Positions 63,071 to 64,000 of a stretch of DNA of 64,000 nt are shown in pieces. Positions within the stretch are counted from its first letter, which is position 1. Each line of letters opens with the position of its first letter. The position numbers and the translations under genes were made by a program. The notes under the pieces were generated by a model. The model worked only from the letters and a program-made list of their open reading frames with translations. It did no database searches and had not been told where the DNA came from. This DNA is from Tubiluchus corallicola (Eukaryota > Animalia > Priapulida), in NCBI GenBank assembly GCA_030141605.1, contig JAQGDQ010002403.1, forward strand, positions 1 to 64,000. The letters run 5' to 3'.

Positions 63071-64000
63071 CTATTTTTCAGATGTGTTAAATGGCATTAA
63101 AGTAAAACCATATTCGTAAGTGTTGTCTAATAGTTTATACTTATTATGAGTATGTGCCCCCCAACTGTCATCGCCTCCTACTCCCATTTGTTTATAATTT
63201 ATATTTATAGACACTAAATCACGAGGTTTTACATCTGTGGTATGTCTATTTTTCACAATATCTCCTTTTTGGTGTCTTCCATCAGTACGTTCTAAGGACT
63301 CAAAATCCTCCATTATATTATGATGCACACTTATTTCAAACAAAGGATCTCCCTCTATTAGTAAGCCTACTCCTTCATTATTGGTAAGAGTAGCCCAACG
63401 GACATCTGTTTTATTACCGTTTTCCTGTGGACGAATGTATGCCCAATACTGTTCAGCTACTTTTCCAGAATACACATCTATTCTAGCACCGGTTTTTCTA
63501 TCCCAATAATTTTCGTGAGGTCCTCGTCCGAACCATTTAAAATTGTCAAATTCCCGTGCCAAATGCATATTCATACCTACAAGAGGAAGTTCTGGAAGGC
63601 TACTTTGCTGCTTGTCAAACTTATTATGAACTTTTATTTCTCCATTTCCAAGTATAGTATATATAGACGTGTAAGTAGCTACAGCATCCTTGTTCTCATT
63701 GGGTAATATAAAATCGAACTGCAAAGTTACTTCCCTATCTTTTATCTTTTTCACATCATAATTTTTTACAATACGTCTTTCGCCTATTCTTCTCCACACT
63801 TTACATCTTTTATGCAGGTCGTTACCAAAGTCATTATCAATAGGTGCTCTCCAAAAATTTGGGATTAACCCTTGTTGTAAAAATTCTTTGTCATTATATT
63901 TCAACGAGGTCATTACTCCCGTTTTAGTGTCAAACTCATAGTAAAAGTCTTCTCCTTTTATATTTATTTTATCATCTGTTTCATTCGTTTCTAATGTTTT
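63071..64000 (-). CDS. GH2 beta-galactosidase, C-terminal part (truncated by window end)
   Basis: FWRAPIDND, WFGRGPHENYWDR, YIRPQENG, GVGGDDSWG; frame stays open to 64000. Confidence 0.9.
   Translation of the reverse strand, partial: KTLETNETDDKINIKGEDFYYEFDTKTGVMTSLKYNDKEFLQQGLIPNFWRAPIDNDFGNDLHKRCKVWRRIGERRIVKNYDVKKIKDREVTLQFDFILPNENKDAVATYTSIYTILGNGEIKVHNKFDKQQSSLPELPLVGMNMHLAREFDNFKWFGRGPHENYWDRKTGARIDVYSGKVAEQYWAYIRPQENGNKTDVRWATLTNNEGVGLLIEGDPLFEISVHHNIMEDFESLERTDGRHQKGDIVKNRHTTDVKPRDLVSININYKQMGVGGDDSWGAHTHNKYKLLDNTYEYGFTLMPFNTSEK

Overview
AT-rich chromosomal window from a member of the Bacteroidota, probably Bacteroidales/Marinilabiliales-like. The assignment rests on TAnnTTTG -7 promoter boxes, a str/S10 operon without tuf, the porP-gldKLMN T9SS operon and Bacteroidota-type ArgS/PurM. 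Most of the window is core genes: rpsL-rpsG-fusA-rpsJ-rplC-rplD', gltX, aspS, argS, pyrG-yidC, a DEAD-box helicase, miaB, panC/panD, radA, mutL, purM, bioA, groESL, secG, lptE, uvrA and a partial GH2. I found no rRNA, tRNA, CRISPR array or intact transposase. Most interesting observations: (1) a correctly spaced sigma54-type -24/-12 element plus a 3x8-bp repeat in front of groES-groEL, downstream of a sensor-less GAFTGA activator in the same gene run, suggesting sigma54-controlled chaperone expression; (2) a lone pentapeptide-repeat/coiled-coil/2TM protein; (3) a signal-peptide protein with an S74 auto-cleaving chaperone and a phage-fibre-like motif, in an accessory patch that also holds a catalytically dead RadC/JAB-HTH gene, a 55-bp direct repeat and an unannotated KilA-N pseudogene; (4) an unannotated 32-aa membrane peptide with a convergent antisense promoter; (5) a PagL-like pseudogene splitting panC-panD; (6) a UNN-codon uORF overlapping the miaB start. 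All product calls come from motif recognition by eye. No database searches were run.
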